Assembly: GCF_000008305.1 (NCBI RefSeq)
Contig: NC_006055.1
Span: forward strand, 600,001-632,000
Length of the DNA: 32,000 bases
Direction of reading: 5' to 3'
Origin: Mesoplasma florum L1
GTDB taxonomy: Bacteria; Bacillota_I; Bacilli_A; Mycoplasmatales; Mycoplasmataceae
Within the stretch, counting starts at the first letter, position 1. Each line of letters begins with the position of its first letter. The position numbers were made by a program, and so were the translations under genes. Shown one piece after another: positions 30,517-32,000 of the stretch. The notes under the pieces were generated by a model that searched no databases, had not been told where the DNA came from, and was given only the letters and a program-made list of their open reading frames with translations.

Positions 30517-32000
30517 TATTTGTTACTTCCTTTCCATCTTTTTTTGAGTTTCCAGCATCATATAAATCTTTGAAATGACCTGGAATTTTTTTAAGTTCAT
30601 TGAAAGTACCTCTTTGAACGATTCCTTGTTTTGGTGCAAGAACTAATATTTCGTCTACATTTTTAATTGTTGAAAGACGGTGAGCTATAGTAACACTTGT
30701 TCTACCTTTCATTAATTCATTTAATTTAGCTTGGATTTCTTTTTCTACAATATTATCTAAAGCACTTGTTGCTTCATCCAATATTAGTAGTTGTGGATCT
30801 TTTAAGAACATTCTAGCTATTACTAAACGTTGTTTTTGACCACCAGATAACATAAATCCTCTTTCACCAAGAATTGTGTCATAACCATCAGGTCAAGTCA
30901 TAATTAAATCATGTAGCTCAGCTTTTTTACAAGCTGCAATAACTTGTTTATTTGTAGCTTCAAATCTACCATATCTAACATTGTCATAAACATTACCTAA
31001 GAAAATTGCTGGTTCTTGTTCAACATATCCTACTTTATCTAAATAAGATGAAAGAACTACATCTTTTAAGTCAATATCTTCGTTAATTAAAACTTGTCCA
31101 ATAGTTGGATCATAAAATCTTAATAAAAGTTTTGAAATTGTTGATTTACCTGCTCCAGTTGTCCCAACAAATGCATATGATTTACCTTGTTCAAAAGTAA
31201 AGTCAAATTTAGGTAAAACTAATTCAGTAGGTTTTTCAGGATATGCAAATGCAACATCTTTAAAATAAATATTTCCCTTTATTTTTTCTACTATAACACC
31301 ATTTTTATCTTCAAAATGATTATTAAATCTTGGTTCTTGTTCAAGTATTTCACCTATTCTCTTAGATGCAACATTTGATTGAGTTAATCCAACAAGAACT
31401 CTTAAGAATGACATTAATGGACCAATCATAAGTGATGATGCTGAAATCATACCTGGTAATACGGCAACTACTTGGTTTGAATCATAAATAAGTACTGTAG
31501 CTATAATCATTACAGTTTCGATGGCATTAATAATTAAGAATATCAATGATAAAACTATAGCTTGATAGTAGTTCATCAATGATGATTGTTTAAAGTAAGG
31601 TATATGTTTTTCAATAAATCTATTTTCTTCATATTCTTCTGTTCCAGAAGCTTTAATTAATTTAACGTTGTTAATTCTATCTGTAACATCTCCATTTACT
31701 TCAGTAACAATTTTTCTTGTTTTGTAAGCAATTGGTTTCATTGGTATAAATAAAATAAAGAATATTAAAAATAAAGTTAAGAATACACAAATTAAAACTA
31801 TAGTTAATGAACCACTAATTGTAGACATAACTATTATTGCTGCTATTGTTGTCAATATACCATTTAAGAAAGTTATTGGAATAATCCCAGTTTGTTCTCC
31901 AATGATTTGTGTATCAGAAACAACTTTTGTTAAAATTTCCCCAATTTTTTTATCAGAGTAGTATGACATGTCCATTGAAACTAATTTTTTGTTTAAGTCA
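30503..32000 (-). CDS. ABC transporter, fused permease/ATP-binding subunit (partner half-transporter). The 5' end runs off the window.
   Basis: Fragments 30893..31975 and 30503..30853 share a frame and are joined by TGA, and the frame stays open to position 32000. Walker [10 protein letters not shown], signature LSGGQKQR, Walker [14 protein letters not shown]-loop TIAHRLST. Stop is TAA at 30505..30503, overlapping the next gene's start by 14 nt. Confidence 0.9.

Noticed and set aside
705-30547. All plus-strand ORFs in the track: 705..890, 1791..2180, 2357..2551, 3252..3461, 3993..4178, 4275..4526, 5210..5434, 7883..8071, 8915..9352, 11905..12252, 15001..15252, 19060..19329, 20107..20361, 21199..21390, 27718..27906, 28254..28643, 30296..30547
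   Set aside because: Each lies antisense to a minus-strand gene with clear conserved motifs, or (4275..4526) opposite the 43-aa ORF and its promoter. The sequences are low-complexity Leu/Phe/Ile/Ser-rich, typical of the reverse frame of AT-rich genes. None has an SD and none has a recognisable motif.
1-32000. Reading the many short same-strand ORF fragments as pseudogenes or a decaying region
   Set aside because: All interruptions are TGA, all are in frame, and conserved motifs continue across them. The genuine stops are TAA/TAG. Translation table 4 explains everything.
1-32000. Mobile elements, prophage, restriction-modification or other defence islands
   Set aside because: I recognised no transposase, integrase, recombinase, methyltransferase/endonuclease motifs or flanking inverted/direct repeats. 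The tRNA-Arg gene has no adjacent integrase or duplicated 3' half.

Overview
This is a very AT-rich, Mollicutes-type chromosomal segment that only makes sense under translation table 4 (TGA = Trp). Every break between same-frame fragments in the supplied standard-code ORF track is a TGA, and all 25 stop codons I could locate are TAA or TAG. After joining fragments, the window holds 26 protein-coding genes (2 run off the edges), one tRNA-Arg(UCU) and one purine-family riboswitch. All are on the minus strand and tightly packed. In transcription order (32000 -> 1): ABC exporter pair, trmFO, a 527-aa orphan protein | 2'-deoxyguanosine-type riboswitch + nrdF-nrdI-nrdE | PTS EIIBC + GH32 hydrolase (second beta-fructoside module) | DEAD-box helicase with a ~290-aa Arg/Asp/Gly/Ser repeat tail | tRNA-Arg, two unknown proteins, obg, nadE, a 46-aa ORF | ptsI | small membrane protein | GntR regulator-scrA-scrB-scrK sucrose operon | Cof-type HAD phosphatase | 43-aa ORF, potA-potB-potCD. 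Most units end in a readable hairpin + T-run terminator. I saw no CRISPR, rRNA, transposase/integrase or prophage signal; the region is mostly core metabolism. Gene content and the riboswitch sequence fit Mesoplasma florum / Entomoplasmatales, but that is from memory and cannot be verified here. I did not find a clear-cut novel multi-gene system. The best candidates for undescribed biology are: (1) the 527-aa orphan coupled to trmFO, largely invisible to standard-code ORF calling; (2) the ~320-aa coiled-coil-like linker inside the PotC-PotD fusion; (3) the doubly repetitive helicase tail; (4) a 43-aa ORF with its own promoter just 5' of potA; (5) a triple inverted-repeat heptamer array in front of the second PTS/GH32 module; (6) the tRNA-Arg hairpin abutting the obg operon start.
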